In this document: positions 37,779 through 46,458 of the stretch, one piece after another
Position numbering within the stretch: position 1 is the stretch's first letter
Layout: every line of letters begins with the position of its first letter
Assembly (NCBI GenBank): GCA_963667795.1
Contig: OY764017.1
Location: forward strand, 1,460,079-1,524,078
Direction of reading: 5' to 3'
Length of the DNA stretch: 64,000 bases
From: Christensenellaceae bacterium
GTDB taxonomy: Bacteria; Bacillota; Clostridia; Christensenellales; CAG-138
Made by a program: the position numbers and the translations under genes
The notes under the pieces: generated by a model
The model's database searches: none
What the model saw: the letters and a program-made list of their open reading frames with translations, nothing else
Told to the model about the DNA's origin: nothing

Positions 37779-38063
37779 TCAGCCTGCCTGCCGCTGTTTC
37801 TCTCGTGCTTCTTCAATGGCACATACCAACTGATCCGCACAGGATGTTTGCTTATATCCGCATGTAGTGCCCTTGAGCAGACCGATCACCTCGTCGATCG
37901 GTTTGCCTTCAACAAGTTTACCGATAGCTTTAAGGCTTCCGTTGCAACCGCCGCAGAAAACCACATTCTTCAGTTTTCCGTCCTCAATTTCAAACTCGAT
38001 CTGCCGTGAGCAGACACCCTTGGGAATAAACCGATATTTCGTCGCAGTAGTTTTTTTACTCAT
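37779..38063 (-). CDS. TSCPD-domain small Cys protein (TIGR03905-like)
   Basis: The ..KGVCSRQIEFEIEDGKLKNVVFCGGCNG..GTTCG pattern is present. ATG 38063 (MSKKTT) is preferred over the longer ORF start. Confidence 0.7.
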   Translation of the reverse strand: MSKKTTATKYRFIPKGVCSRQIEFEIEDGKLKNVVFCGGCNGSLKAIGKLVEGKPIDEVIGLLKGTTCGYKQTSCADQLVCAIEEAREKQRQAG

Positions 38064-39405
38064 CTGAATATTTTTCCGTGTCCTTTCGATCCGTTCTATC
38101 ATTATCGTCCTTTTGCGGAATCTCCTCCACCCAAACAGAGATCATCGGTTCGCGCGGTTTTTCTGTCCAAAGTTTCAAAATCCGCTTTGCAAGAGGTTTT
38201 TCCACAAAGTATGTTGCAAAGATTGCCGCCGAAAACGCCGTCAGCATGATCAACAACGTATATGTCCATTGCCAGGCGCGGTCCCCTGTTATATTCGGCG
38301 GGGTAGCACCGCTCCAGTATGGAATTCGCCACTCCTTGAATCTGACGGCGATCCACTGGTGCCAAATATAAAGGTTATACGAAATGGCGGCTAAAAACCG
38401 CATGATCGCGTTGGAAAACAGGAACCGAATACCTTTGAACGTCAGCGCCGACGACATGACGATCAGCGCGAATACGAGCGACAGCCGGAAGCGATACTCC
38501 GCCTGCCATATATACACCGGATTCATGTACATCGCGGTTTTCATCATGCCGGTCAAAAGCCAAATTCCTGTAACCAGCCCGCAGAGCGCAAACGCAGATA
38601 ATTGCGCGCTGCGCTTAACATGCCGTGAAATCAATACAAACAGATACGAGAACGCCATTCCGTTGGCAAATACCCCGAAAAATGCGGGTAGTTGGTTCAG
38701 CGTTGTACGGATTGAACCCGGGTCGTTCAGCGCATACCCGCGCAGGTACAGCAGCGATATTGCCACCATTCCAAGATATGTCCAAACCGGTTTCTTCGTA
38801 AACCACCGTGCCAGCAGCGGGAAAAATAGATAAAACTGCATCTCTATTGCAGCCGTCCAGAGTACGCCGTTCAGCTTTGTTGCAAGCAGTACGTTTGGAA
38901 AAAACGTCTGGGTAAACGTCAGCGTCGGAAGTAAATCTCCAAGGCACCCCTGCCACGAGCGATACGCCCCCGACGGAATCGTCACTGCAAACAGGATCAC
39001 CAGCACGCTGAAATAGTAACTCGGCACAATGCGTGCGATTCGCTTTTTAAAAAACAGCTGAGTCTGTGGAAGCGCCGCGCCGTCCAGCGTTGCCCTTGCA
39101 AACGGTAAACACAGGCAGAATGCCGATAAAAACAGCATCAGATCCACAAACAAAAAACCCGTGCGCGCCAAAAACTCCAGACTGACCATGGTCGACAGCC
39201 CGAACGCTCGTAAAAATGGAAGCTTGAAAGACGGCGAGATCCAGTTCTGTTGCCAGAAGTGAAACCACAAAACCCCCAGAACCGCCAGCGCACGGATGCC
39301 GTCCAAAACGTCGATATGCCCGGTTTCGATCGTACCTTTGCCGGTCGTCTTTGATATCGTTTTCAGTGCGGGAATGTCCGCCGTTTCGGGCGCCGAATTT
39401 TCCAT
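38056..39405 (-). CDS. acyltransferase family 3 membrane protein (O-acyltransferase)
   Basis: About 10 TM segments. The VLDGIRALAVLGVLWFHF motif is typical of acyltransferase-3. ATG 39405 is preferred over the ORF start 39543. Confidence 0.8.
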   Translation of the reverse strand: MENSAPETADIPALKTISKTTGKGTIETGHIDVLDGIRALAVLGVLWFHFWQQNWISPSFKLPFLRAFGLSTMVSLEFLARTGFLFVDLMLFLSAFCLCLPFARATLDGAALPQTQLFFKKRIARIVPSYYFSVLVILFAVTIPSGAYRSWQGCLGDLLPTLTFTQTFFPNVLLATKLNGVLWTAAIEMQFYLFFPLLARWFTKKPVWTYLGMVAISLLYLRGYALNDPGSIRTTLNQLPAFFGVFANGMAFSYLFVLISRHVKRSAQLSAFALCGLVTGIWLLTGMMKTAMYMNPVYIWQAEYRFRLSLVFALIVMSSALTFKGIRFLFSNAIMRFLAAISYNLYIWHQWIAVRFKEWRIPYWSGATPPNITGDRAWQWTYTLLIMLTAFSAAIFATYFVEKPLAKRILKLWTEKPREPMISVWVEEIPQKDDNDRTDRKDTEKYSDE

Positions 39406-39635
39406 GGAGCTATAATACCACAAAGCCGCCTGCTTGTGAATGCCGCTGGGTCTGCCCTTCGCGGACCCAACTAAATCAACTGCCCGCGCATGCGTAATTA
39501 CGCAAAACACCACGATTCTTTCCCTGCACCCCTTTTCGCACATGCAAATCTGTACTATAATTGAGCAGGCGGTTCTCCAGCTCCGCTAAACATATTTTCA
39601 TCACATCCATATCGACAGGAAGGAATCATCACAAA

Positions 39636-40682
39636 ATGAGCGTAACCGAAACCGTATTTGGAAAGCTGCCGGACGGCGAAGACGTCCTTTGCTATACCAT
39701 AACCAACAAATCCGGCGCGTCCGCCGCCATCCTTACCTATGGTGCAACCTTGCAGAGCCTGCTCGTGCCAAACCGCAAAGGCGACCTCGTGGACGTCGTG
39801 CTCGGCTACGATACGCTAGAAGACTATCAAACAAACACCATGTATCTCGGCGCAACGATCGGCCGTGTGGGAAACCGCATTGAAAATGCACACTTCACGC
39901 TGAACGGCAAGGAATACAAGCTCTTTGCAAACAATGGCGCGGCGTGTCTGCACGGCGGCAAGGTAGGCTTTGATAGAAAGAACTGGTCGGCAAAAGCGGC
40001 CGACGATTCCGTTGCGTTCACACTGCTGAGTCCGGACGGTGACGAGGGCTTCCCCGGCAATCTCACCGTTACGGTCATCTATACGCTGTCGGAAGACAAC
40101 GCGCTGTCCCTCCGCTATTTCGCCGTTTCCGATCAGGATACTATCGTAAACCTTACGAACCATTCCTATTTTAATCTTGCCGGTCAGGGTTCCGGTTCTG
40201 TTCTCGATCAAACGTTGATGATCAACGCGGACAGCTTCACCCGGATCGATTCCAAAATCGTTCCCACCGGCGACATTGTACCCGTTGCGGGCACCGCGCT
40301 CGATTTTCGGAAAGCAAAACCGATCGGCCAGGATATCGACGCGACGGAAGAGAACATGGACGCGGCGCCAGGTTATGACCACAACTTTGTGCTCAATAAT
40401 AAAAAAGACGGACTTACACTCGCCGCAAAGGCAGCCGATCCGACCGGTGGAATCATCATGGAAACCTATACCGATCAACCCGGCATACAGCTCTTTACTG
40501 CAAACGATTTTACCGGTATGCCCGGCAAAGGCGGTGTGGAATACGGTCTTCGCCCATCTTTCTGTTTGGAGACACAGCATTTTGCAAACGCCATGGAGCA
40601 CCCGAATTTCCCAAGCATCATCTTGCAGGCGGGCGAAGTGCTTAATTCCGAAACGATCTATCGCTTCCTCACAGATAAATAA
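39636..40682 (+). CDS. galM: aldose 1-epimerase (galactose mutarotase)
   Basis: GFPGNL and NHSYFNL motifs. ATG 39636 has a GGAAGGA RBS; the ORF track starts at 39561. Confidence 0.9.
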   Translation: MSVTETVFGKLPDGEDVLCYTITNKSGASAAILTYGATLQSLLVPNRKGDLVDVVLGYDTLEDYQTNTMYLGATIGRVGNRIENAHFTLNGKEYKLFANNGAACLHGGKVGFDRKNWSAKAADDSVAFTLLSPDGDEGFPGNLTVTVIYTLSEDNALSLRYFAVSDQDTIVNLTNHSYFNLAGQGSGSVLDQTLMINADSFTRIDSKIVPTGDIVPVAGTALDFRKAKPIGQDIDATEENMDAAPGYDHNFVLNNKKDGLTLAAKAADPTGGIIMETYTDQPGIQLFTANDFTGMPGKGGVEYGLRPSFCLETQHFANAMEHPNFPSIILQAGEVLNSETIYRFLTDK

Positions 40683-40698
40683 CATATATTGAACAAAA

Positions 40699-40735
40699 GA
40701 GCTTCCGTTTTGTTTTCAAGCGGAAGCTTTTTTTA
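40699..40735. terminator. terminator between convergent galM and the rlmI-like gene
   Basis: GCTTCCG..13 nt..CGGAAGC followed by TTTTTTT, with an A-run on the other side. Confidence 0.75.
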
Positions 40736-40742
40736 TGAATAT

Positions 40743-41981
40743 TTAAACGATCTGGAATAGATAAAACTTCAGGTAGTCCGTCTCCGGCACATTCATCAGC
40801 GTCGGGTGATCGGGTGCCTGCCGCCTGGCCTCAATCAGTTTGAGTGAAACGTTTGCGTCCCGTGCCGCTGAAAGCAGCATCTTCACAAAGAGATCGTTGT
40901 CCATAAAGTGCGAACACGAACACGTCGCAAGATATCCGCCGCGCGGCAAAAGTTTCATGGCGTTATAGTTGATCGCCTTGTAGCCGCGCTCCGCTCCGCG
41001 TATCGTCTTGCGGCTCTTCGTAAACGCGGGCGGATCGAGGATGATCATATCGTATGACGCACGTTCTTCAATCAGCTTCGGAAGCAGATCAAACACGTCC
41101 GCCGTCAAGAAATCGATGTTTTCCTCCATACCGTTTCGTGCCGCATTTGCTTTTGCAAGGCCGATCGCCGCTTCGGAGACATCCACTGCGGTCACGTGTG
41201 CCGCACCGCCCCTCAGCGCATTAAGCGCAAACGACCCGGTGTGTGTGAAGCAATCCAACACACGTTTGCCACGCGCGATTTTCGCCGCGGCGAGGCGATT
41301 GTATTTCTGGTCAAAGAAAAAACCTGTCTTCTGTCCGTTTTCAACGTCCGCTTCATAGCGGATGCCGTTTTCCGTGATCTCAATGATCGGGCTCGGTGGT
41401 TCCGGCAAATACTCCGCCCGATACCATCCCTTTTCAAGCGGAAGTCCTTCCAGCTCGCGAATGGAGACCTCGTTTCGCTCAAAAATTCCCGTTACCGTTA
41501 CACCATCTTCCTTTAGCAGCTCCGTCAACAGGCGATATAGCATGTCTTTTCGTTGGTCCATGCCGATCGAGAGCACCTGCGTAACCAATATATCGTTGTA
41601 GCGATCGACGGTCAGTCCCGGCAGGCCATCCGCCTCGCCAAAGATCAGTCGGCAGCACGCATAGTCGTCACCCATCACCGTTTTGCGATAATCCAGCGCG
41701 TAACGCAATCTTCGTAAAAAGAACGTTTCATCAAAGCGTTCGTTTGCGTTATCTGAAAGCAAGCGGATGCGAATCTTGCTTTTTTTACTCAACAAACCCG
41801 TACCAAGATATGATCCTTTTTCGCTGAATACGTCGACAAGTGTGCCGTTTTCAGCCGCATCAAAGTCCCCCGTTATCTCCGCATCATAAATCCATGGGTG
41901 CCCGCGACGCACGGAAGCCTCCGCTTTTTTCGTTATGGCAGCATGTGGAAATACGCGCTCCTGCTTCATTGTCTTCTCCAT
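40743..41981 (-). CDS. class I SAM-dependent rRNA (cytosine-C5) methyltransferase, RlmI-like (PUA + MTase)
   Basis: 412 aa. VLDCFTHTGSF and ILDPPAF motifs, with an N-terminal PUA-like region. Confidence 0.8.
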   Translation of the reverse strand: MEKTMKQERVFPHAAITKKAEASVRRGHPWIYDAEITGDFDAAENGTLVDVFSEKGSYLGTGLLSKKSKIRIRLLSDNANERFDETFFLRRLRYALDYRKTVMGDDYACCRLIFGEADGLPGLTVDRYNDILVTQVLSIGMDQRKDMLYRLLTELLKEDGVTVTGIFERNEVSIRELEGLPLEKGWYRAEYLPEPPSPIIEITENGIRYEADVENGQKTGFFFDQKYNRLAAAKIARGKRVLDCFTHTGSFALNALRGGAAHVTAVDVSEAAIGLAKANAARNGMEENIDFLTADVFDLLPKLIEERASYDMIILDPPAFTKSRKTIRGAERGYKAINYNAMKLLPRGGYLATCSCSHFMDNDLFVKMLLSAARDANVSLKLIEARRQAPDHPTLMNVPETDYLKFYLFQIV

Positions 41982-42074
41982 CCGTGGCCGCTGGTTTTCG
42001 CGCTTTTTTCAAGCACCTACGGCGAGTCCGGGCTCATGGTAACACGTCGCATAGTCTTTGTCAAAACACGTAGA

Positions 42075-42108
42075 TAATAACAACCGCCGCGATGGTTCGC
42101 GGCGGTTG
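42075..42108 (-). terminator. terminator after the diguanylate cyclase gene
   Basis: CAACCGCCGCG-atggtt-CGCGGCGGTTG hairpin, followed by a T-rich tract on the minus strand. Confidence 0.65.
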
Positions 42109-42131
42109 CTTTCTATATAAAAAGTTGACTC

Positions 42132-43031
42132 TCACAAGATGGTCGCGCGATTTCTTCCACTGTTTTTACTCAGATAAAGTGCACGGTCGGCGCGCTGCAC
42201 GACGGACGAGGGTGTATCGCCTTTCTTAACGGTGGTCGCTCCGATCGATACTGTTACGCCGACATGACAACCGTCCCTCACCAGATCGGATTCATTAATC
42301 AGCATACAGATTTTTTCCGCCACCTTCTGCAGCTGTGCATGCGGCACGCCGCGCAGTATGGCAACGAATTCCTCTCCGCCCCACCGTCCGACAAAATCGT
42401 TGCTGCGTAACGCTTCGTGGAATGTCTTTGCAACCATTTTAAGTGTTGCGTCACCCACATCATGCCCGTGGCTGTCGTTGACATGCTTGAAAAAATCGAT
42501 ATCAATCATCAAGAATGAAAATGATAGTCCAAGTTCTTTATAATCCCGCATTCGATGGCCCAGATAAGTATCGATATATCGCCTGTTCGGCAATTCCGTC
42601 AGTTGGTCATACAGCGCCAGATACTCCAGCTCTTTTAACGATAAATCGCGGATTTCTCCGTCGTTTGCGGTCGAAAACACCTCGGCAGCGCCAACGATTT
42701 CACCGTTCTTTATAACGGGACGCACCTTTATTTCAACAGGAACGCGATGCCCATCCCTATGGTGCAAATAGACGCTTGCCTTGCGCAGCCGACCGTCTTC
42801 CAAGGTCGCATGCAGCGGACAGCCCTGCAAACAAAGCTTGCGCCCGTCTTCACTCACGTGCATCAGCAAGTTGTCGTAGCAGTGTTTACCGATTACGGCG
42901 CTTGCCGAATAACCCGAAATCTCCTCCGCGCCTTTGTTCCAGAACGTAATGGAACGCTCCTGATCGACGAAGTACACACCATCGGAAAGATCATTGATCA
43001 GTTCTTCAATGAAGTCGGATTCCTTGTCCAT
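42132..43031 (-). CDS. PAS-domain diguanylate cyclase (GGDEF)
   Basis: Intact RWGGEEF active-site motif and an N-terminal PAS region (ITFWNKGAEEISGY). ATG 43031 is preferred. Confidence 0.88.
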   Translation of the reverse strand: MDKESDFIEELINDLSDGVYFVDQERSITFWNKGAEEISGYSASAVIGKHCYDNLLMHVSEDGRKLCLQGCPLHATLEDGRLRKASVYLHHRDGHRVPVEIKVRPVIKNGEIVGAAEVFSTANDGEIRDLSLKELEYLALYDQLTELPNRRYIDTYLGHRMRDYKELGLSFSFLMIDIDFFKHVNDSHGHDVGDATLKMVAKTFHEALRSNDFVGRWGGEEFVAILRGVPHAQLQKVAEKICMLINESDLVRDGCHVGVTVSIGATTVKKGDTPSSVVQRADRALYLSKNSGRNRATIL

Positions 43032-43157
43032 GTTTAGCCTCCCGGCCTGCGTCACAAAAAAGCTGCAAAAAGGCACGTAGTTTTGAATTATATCAGTAAT
43101 TCCACATCTTGACCAGTATCCCGCTTGAAAATTCCTACTTTATTTAAGGATTGCTGT

Positions 43158-43194
43158 CAAAAAAACAGGCATCCGGTTAATTTTCGGATGCCTG
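43158..43194 (-). terminator. terminator after the SH3b-repeat protein gene
   Basis: CAGGCATCCG..CGGATGCCTG hairpin followed by TTTTTTT on the minus strand. Confidence 0.8.
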
Positions 43195-43215
43195 ATCTGT
43201 ATTGTCGGATTGTTA

Positions 43216-43395
43216 TTATTCGCCTGCCGAGCTTGTTGGCGTTGGTGTCGGTGTTGGTGTGGGTGTGGGTGTGGGCGTCGGCGTCGGTGTTGCAGTTGGC
43301 GGTGCGGTCGGTGTAACGGTCGGTGCTACCGTTGGCGTCGCTGTCGGTGTAACGGTCGGTGCTGTCGTCGGCGTAGGTGTCGGCGTCGCCGCTGC
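43216..43395 (-). repeat. low-complexity (ACN-CCN)n Thr-Pro coding microsatellite-like tract
   Basis: The plus strand shows GGTGTTGGTGTGGGTGTGGGTGTGGGCGTCGGCGTCGGTGT.., encoding PTPTPTPTPTPT. Confidence 0.85.
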
Positions 43396-44586
43396 GCCCG
43401 TGATGGTCACATACCGACTATACACATAGCCTCTTGCACCGGTTGAATTGATCGTCAGTTTATACCAGTTCCCGGATAGACCGAGAATTGTAATCGCTGT
43501 ATTTTTATCCAACTTTCCCTGACTCTTGTAGCTTGTCGACGGCCCGGTACGGAAGTTGACGCCGCTGGCATTGATAATGCCCGTTGCACCGCTTGTCGGT
43601 GTTGGCGTCGGTGTTGCGGATGTACCGCTCAGCGTTACATACCTACCATAAACGTAGCCCGATTTCCCTGTTGCATTCACGGTAAGCTTATACCAGTTAC
43701 CAGACGTTCCAAGAATCGTAACCGCTTCGTTTTTGTTCAGCTTGCCCTGACTCTTGTAGCTTGTCGACGGCCCGGTTCTAAAATTCACGCCGGTTGCGTT
43801 GATCGCCCCTGCACTGCCGCTTGTTGCTGTCGGTGTTGGTGTTGCGGAAGAGTCGCTCAACGTCACATATCTGCTGTATACATAACCGGATTTCCCGGTC
43901 GCGTTTACCGTCAGTTGATACCAGTTGCCAGACGTTCCCTTCACCGTCACCGCGTCGTTTCGCTGTAGCTTCGCCTGGCTGGTATAGTTTGTAGAAGGGC
44001 CCGTACGGAAGTTGACGTTTGTCGCGTTGATATAGCCGTTTTGACTCCCGGTTGAAGTGGTCGAACCTTCTACTTTGCATACAATTGAAACGTAACGTGG
44101 CGAAATATAGCCTTCCTTCCCACTAGAGTGCACCTTTAGCTTGTACCAGCCCGACGTTTGATCCGCTGAATAGATGGTCAGGCCCGATTTGCTGTCAACA
44201 ATAGCGAGACTATCGCTGCTTGCCGTCGCCTCTTTTCTCAAGTGTACTTTCCCCGTCGTTGTGCCGAGCGCATATGCCGAAAGACTTGATCCATTGACCG
44301 TGATATACTTTCCATAAACATAACCGCTTTTTCCGCTCGAAGGAACGTCAATCCGCAGCCACATGCCGCTCACCTCATAAACGTTGACTGACGTATTGCG
44401 TGAAAGCGTATCGTCAATATCATAATTGGTGCCTGCGCCCTTTCTCAAATGAAGTTTTGACGCATTCACATAACCTGTCGCAAGTGCGGTTTCCGCATGC
44501 GCGGAACGCATTGGCAGCACCGCAACGATCAATGCGGCGCACATTAGAAGTATTAAAGATCGTCCAATACCATTTCGTTTCATCAT
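43216..44586 (-). CDS. secreted multi-SH3b (bacterial SH3_3) repeat protein with a Thr/Pro-rich C-terminal tail
   Basis: 456 aa. It has a signal peptide (LILLMCAALIVAVLPMRSAHA), about six SH3b units (..LRKGAGTNY.., INATNVNFRTGPSTNY..) and ends in (TP)n. Confidence 0.85.
   Translation of the reverse strand: MMKRNGIGRSLILLMCAALIVAVLPMRSAHAETALATGYVNASKLHLRKGAGTNYDIDDTLSRNTSVNVYEVSGMWLRIDVPSSGKSGYVYGKYITVNGSSLSAYALGTTTGKVHLRKEATASSDSLAIVDSKSGLTIYSADQTSGWYKLKVHSSGKEGYISPRYVSIVCKVEGSTTSTGSQNGYINATNVNFRTGPSTNYTSQAKLQRNDAVTVKGTSGNWYQLTVNATGKSGYVYSRYVTLSDSSATPTPTATSGSAGAINATGVNFRTGPSTSYKSQGKLNKNEAVTILGTSGNWYKLTVNATGKSGYVYGRYVTLSGTSATPTPTPTSGATGIINASGVNFRTGPSTSYKSQGKLDKNTAITILGLSGNWYKLTINSTGARGYVYSRYVTITGAAATPTPTPTTAPTVTPTATPTVAPTVTPTAPPTATPTPTPTPTPTPTPTPTPTSSAGE
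43380..44070 (-). repeat. three tandem ~228-bp near-identical intragenic repeats (SH3b unit + TP linker)
   Basis: The 32-mer CCCTGACTCTTGTAGCTTGTCGACGGCCCGGT occurs at 43517 and again at 43745 (period 228). The protein units INA[TS][GN]VNFRTGPST.Y.SQ.KL are nearly identical. Confidence 0.85.
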
Positions 44587-44730
44587 GAACCCCCTGGCGG
44601 AAATATCCGTCCATAGTGTACTATTCGTACTAATACGCTTGTATGCTACTGCCGTTTCCCGTTATTGTCAAGGCAAAAGACGAATTCTGGCGGTAGTTTC
44701 ACAAAAGGGTCACAATGCGACGACTTCCCA

Positions 44731-44781
44731 GAAAAAAAACAAAGCCCGAAATGCTGTGCAACACGGCACTTCGGGCTTTGT
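44731..44781 (-). terminator. terminator after the lipid kinase gene
   Basis: CAAAGCCCGAA..TTCGGGCTTTG hairpin followed by TTTTTTTT on the minus strand. Confidence 0.8.
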
Positions 44782-44793
44782 TATTGCGATATG

Positions 44794-45729
44794 CTATTCT
44801 TCTTTTTTCACTATTAAATTGATTGCCCTCTTCTGATTTTTAACCTCGATCGTTTCGCCGGAACCACCGCCCTCGTATTCGCCATCCAGCGCCCATGCGA
44901 CTGTTTCATCCGACTCGATCGTCAGCTTCTCACTTTGAAAAAAGTCGATGGAGTTCGCATCGAAGTTACCGGTCATCACCGCACTGATGGTCGCCTGCCA
45001 CTGAATCAACGTACCGGGTTCGCGTATCAAAACGACCTCAAACGCGCCGTCGTCCGTCTTTACCGTTCCGGCGGGGAATTTCAACAGTCCGGGAAAGCCG
45101 TAGATATTGCTGACCGCGCCGAACAGATACGCGCCTTCATAAACAGCGTTTCCAGAGGTGATTTTCATATGGATCGGCTTAATTTTCGGCAGGCTCATCA
45201 CACCGTCAAAGAAATACGCAGAGGGTCCGAAAACGTTCTTCAGATTTTGCGGCGTTGTATAGGATGTCCAAGAAAACGCACCGAACGCTGCAATGAACGC
45301 AAAACTCCGTGCATTGAACCACCCAAGGTCAATTTGCTTGATTCGTCCGGTTGCTATATCGTTCGCCGCAGTCATGATGTCGGTTGAAATGCCATGGCAA
45401 GATGAAAACACATTTGTGCTCCCCGCCGGAATGTATCCAAGTGGAACCGACGTGCCGCACCGCGCAATACCCGCAACCGTTTCGCTCAGCGTCCCATCGC
45501 CACCGACGCAAACGACCGCATCAAAATCGGTGGCATAACGCTCCGCAAGCCACGTTGCATCCCGCTGTGCATTGGTTACCATCAGCGTTACAAAATAGCC
45601 GTTATTCATAAAGATACGCGTGATCTCCGGAATATAGCGGAGTGCCTGTCGCCGTCCCGCAACCGGATTGACGATCAGCATCATGCGCCGATGAAGGATT
45701 GTTTCCGTAAGTGCTTCCATAAACGCCAA
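44794..45729 (-). CDS. diacylglycerol kinase-family lipid kinase (YegS/DagK type)
   Basis: 311 aa. MLIVNPVAG and VGGDGT motifs. Confidence 0.88.
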   Translation of the reverse strand: MAFMEALTETILHRRMMLIVNPVAGRRQALRYIPEITRIFMNNGYFVTLMVTNAQRDATWLAERYATDFDAVVCVGGDGTLSETVAGIARCGTSVPLGYIPAGSTNVFSSCHGISTDIMTAANDIATGRIKQIDLGWFNARSFAFIAAFGAFSWTSYTTPQNLKNVFGPSAYFFDGVMSLPKIKPIHMKITSGNAVYEGAYLFGAVSNIYGFPGLLKFPAGTVKTDDGAFEVVLIREPGTLIQWQATISAVMTGNFDANSIDFFQSEKLTIESDETVAWALDGEYEGGGSGETIEVKNQKRAINLIVKKEE

Positions 45730-45813
45730 ACGAACCTTCTTTCTTATGCAGCGTACTCAATCGGGATTTGCCCGCAAGCAAACCCGCTTTCGTTCTGCGT
45801 CTTTACTCTTTTA

Positions 45814-46059
45814 TTATATCCGCATTTCCCGGCGCCGGAACACCTTCCACAAAAGCTTCACGAACGTTTCACAACACACAAAGTATCCGGCTTTCGCCAA
45901 TGCTCGTAGTTCTGTTAATCCTGTATTTTTATCTCCGCCAAGATACGGAATCCAAAGCGCGATGGTACCATTCGTAAATTTGGGATCGGGCTTGCAAAAA
46001 GCTACCGGTATTTCATCGACAGCCGCATATTCTATTGCCGTAGAATTTATCTCCATCAC
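45814..46059 (-). pseudogene. N-terminal remnant of an alpha/beta (dienelactone-type) hydrolase
   Basis: The 81-aa ORF reads ..IALWIPYLGGDKNTGLTELRALAKAGYFV, then loses similarity. There is no room for a full-length gene before dagK. Confidence 0.35.
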
Positions 46060-46220
46060 TATTCTCCGAATGTGATTCTATTCCCTGCCGCGTCAAATAC
46101 GAATAACCTGTATACCGGAACCGAGCTTATCGTCCTATGGGCGTGTGGTGTAGATCCAATTTGCCACGCTTTTCAACATATAGAAAGACATATCCTCCAT
46201 CAAAGGGAAGACATGTCTTT

Positions 46221-46270
46221 TGGCGTCCCCGGCGCGATTCGAACGCGCGGCCTTTCGCTTAGGAGGCAAT
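46221..46270 (-). tRNA. 3' portion only of tRNA-Arg(CCU): anticodon arm, variable loop, T-arm, acceptor 3' strand and CCA. Probable att-site copy.
   Basis: The minus strand reads ATTGC-CTCCTAA-GCGAA AGGCC GCGCG-TTCGAAT-CGCGC CGGGGAC G CCA. No D-arm and no GTCCCCG 5' acceptor strand lies upstream. Confidence 0.6.
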
Positions 46271-46392
46271 AGGTCTACCTTTCGAAACATAGTCGATGAA
46301 ACCCGGAAAAACGCCTATTTAAAGGGATCCTGAGGGTTTCCACTGTGTCCATATGGTCTAAAAGGTACCCCGAAATCCATGGTTTACTACAA

Positions 46393-46414
46393 AAAATGTG
46401 GTAAAAATGTGGTA
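46393..46414. repeat. perfect tandem direct repeat 2 x AAAATGTGGTA (candidate arm-type recombinase site)
   Basis: Exact 11-bp duplication between the element end and the int stop codon. Confidence 0.5.
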
Positions 46415-46458
46415 CAAAAAACCTGGCTGCTCCCAATTGCTCCGTTTTTCTAAGGTTT

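Noticed and set aside
43202-43446. Plus-strand ORFs encoding (GV)n and Cys/Arg-rich peptides
   Set aside because: They are the reverse-complement reading of the Thr-Pro tail of the SH3b protein, so they are repeat-driven artefacts.
46221-46297. Intact tRNA gene
   Set aside because: The T-arm, anticodon arm and CCA are present. However, no GTYYYYG 5' acceptor strand or D-arm can be found at the required distance. I therefore treat it as a 3' fragment, not a functional tRNA.
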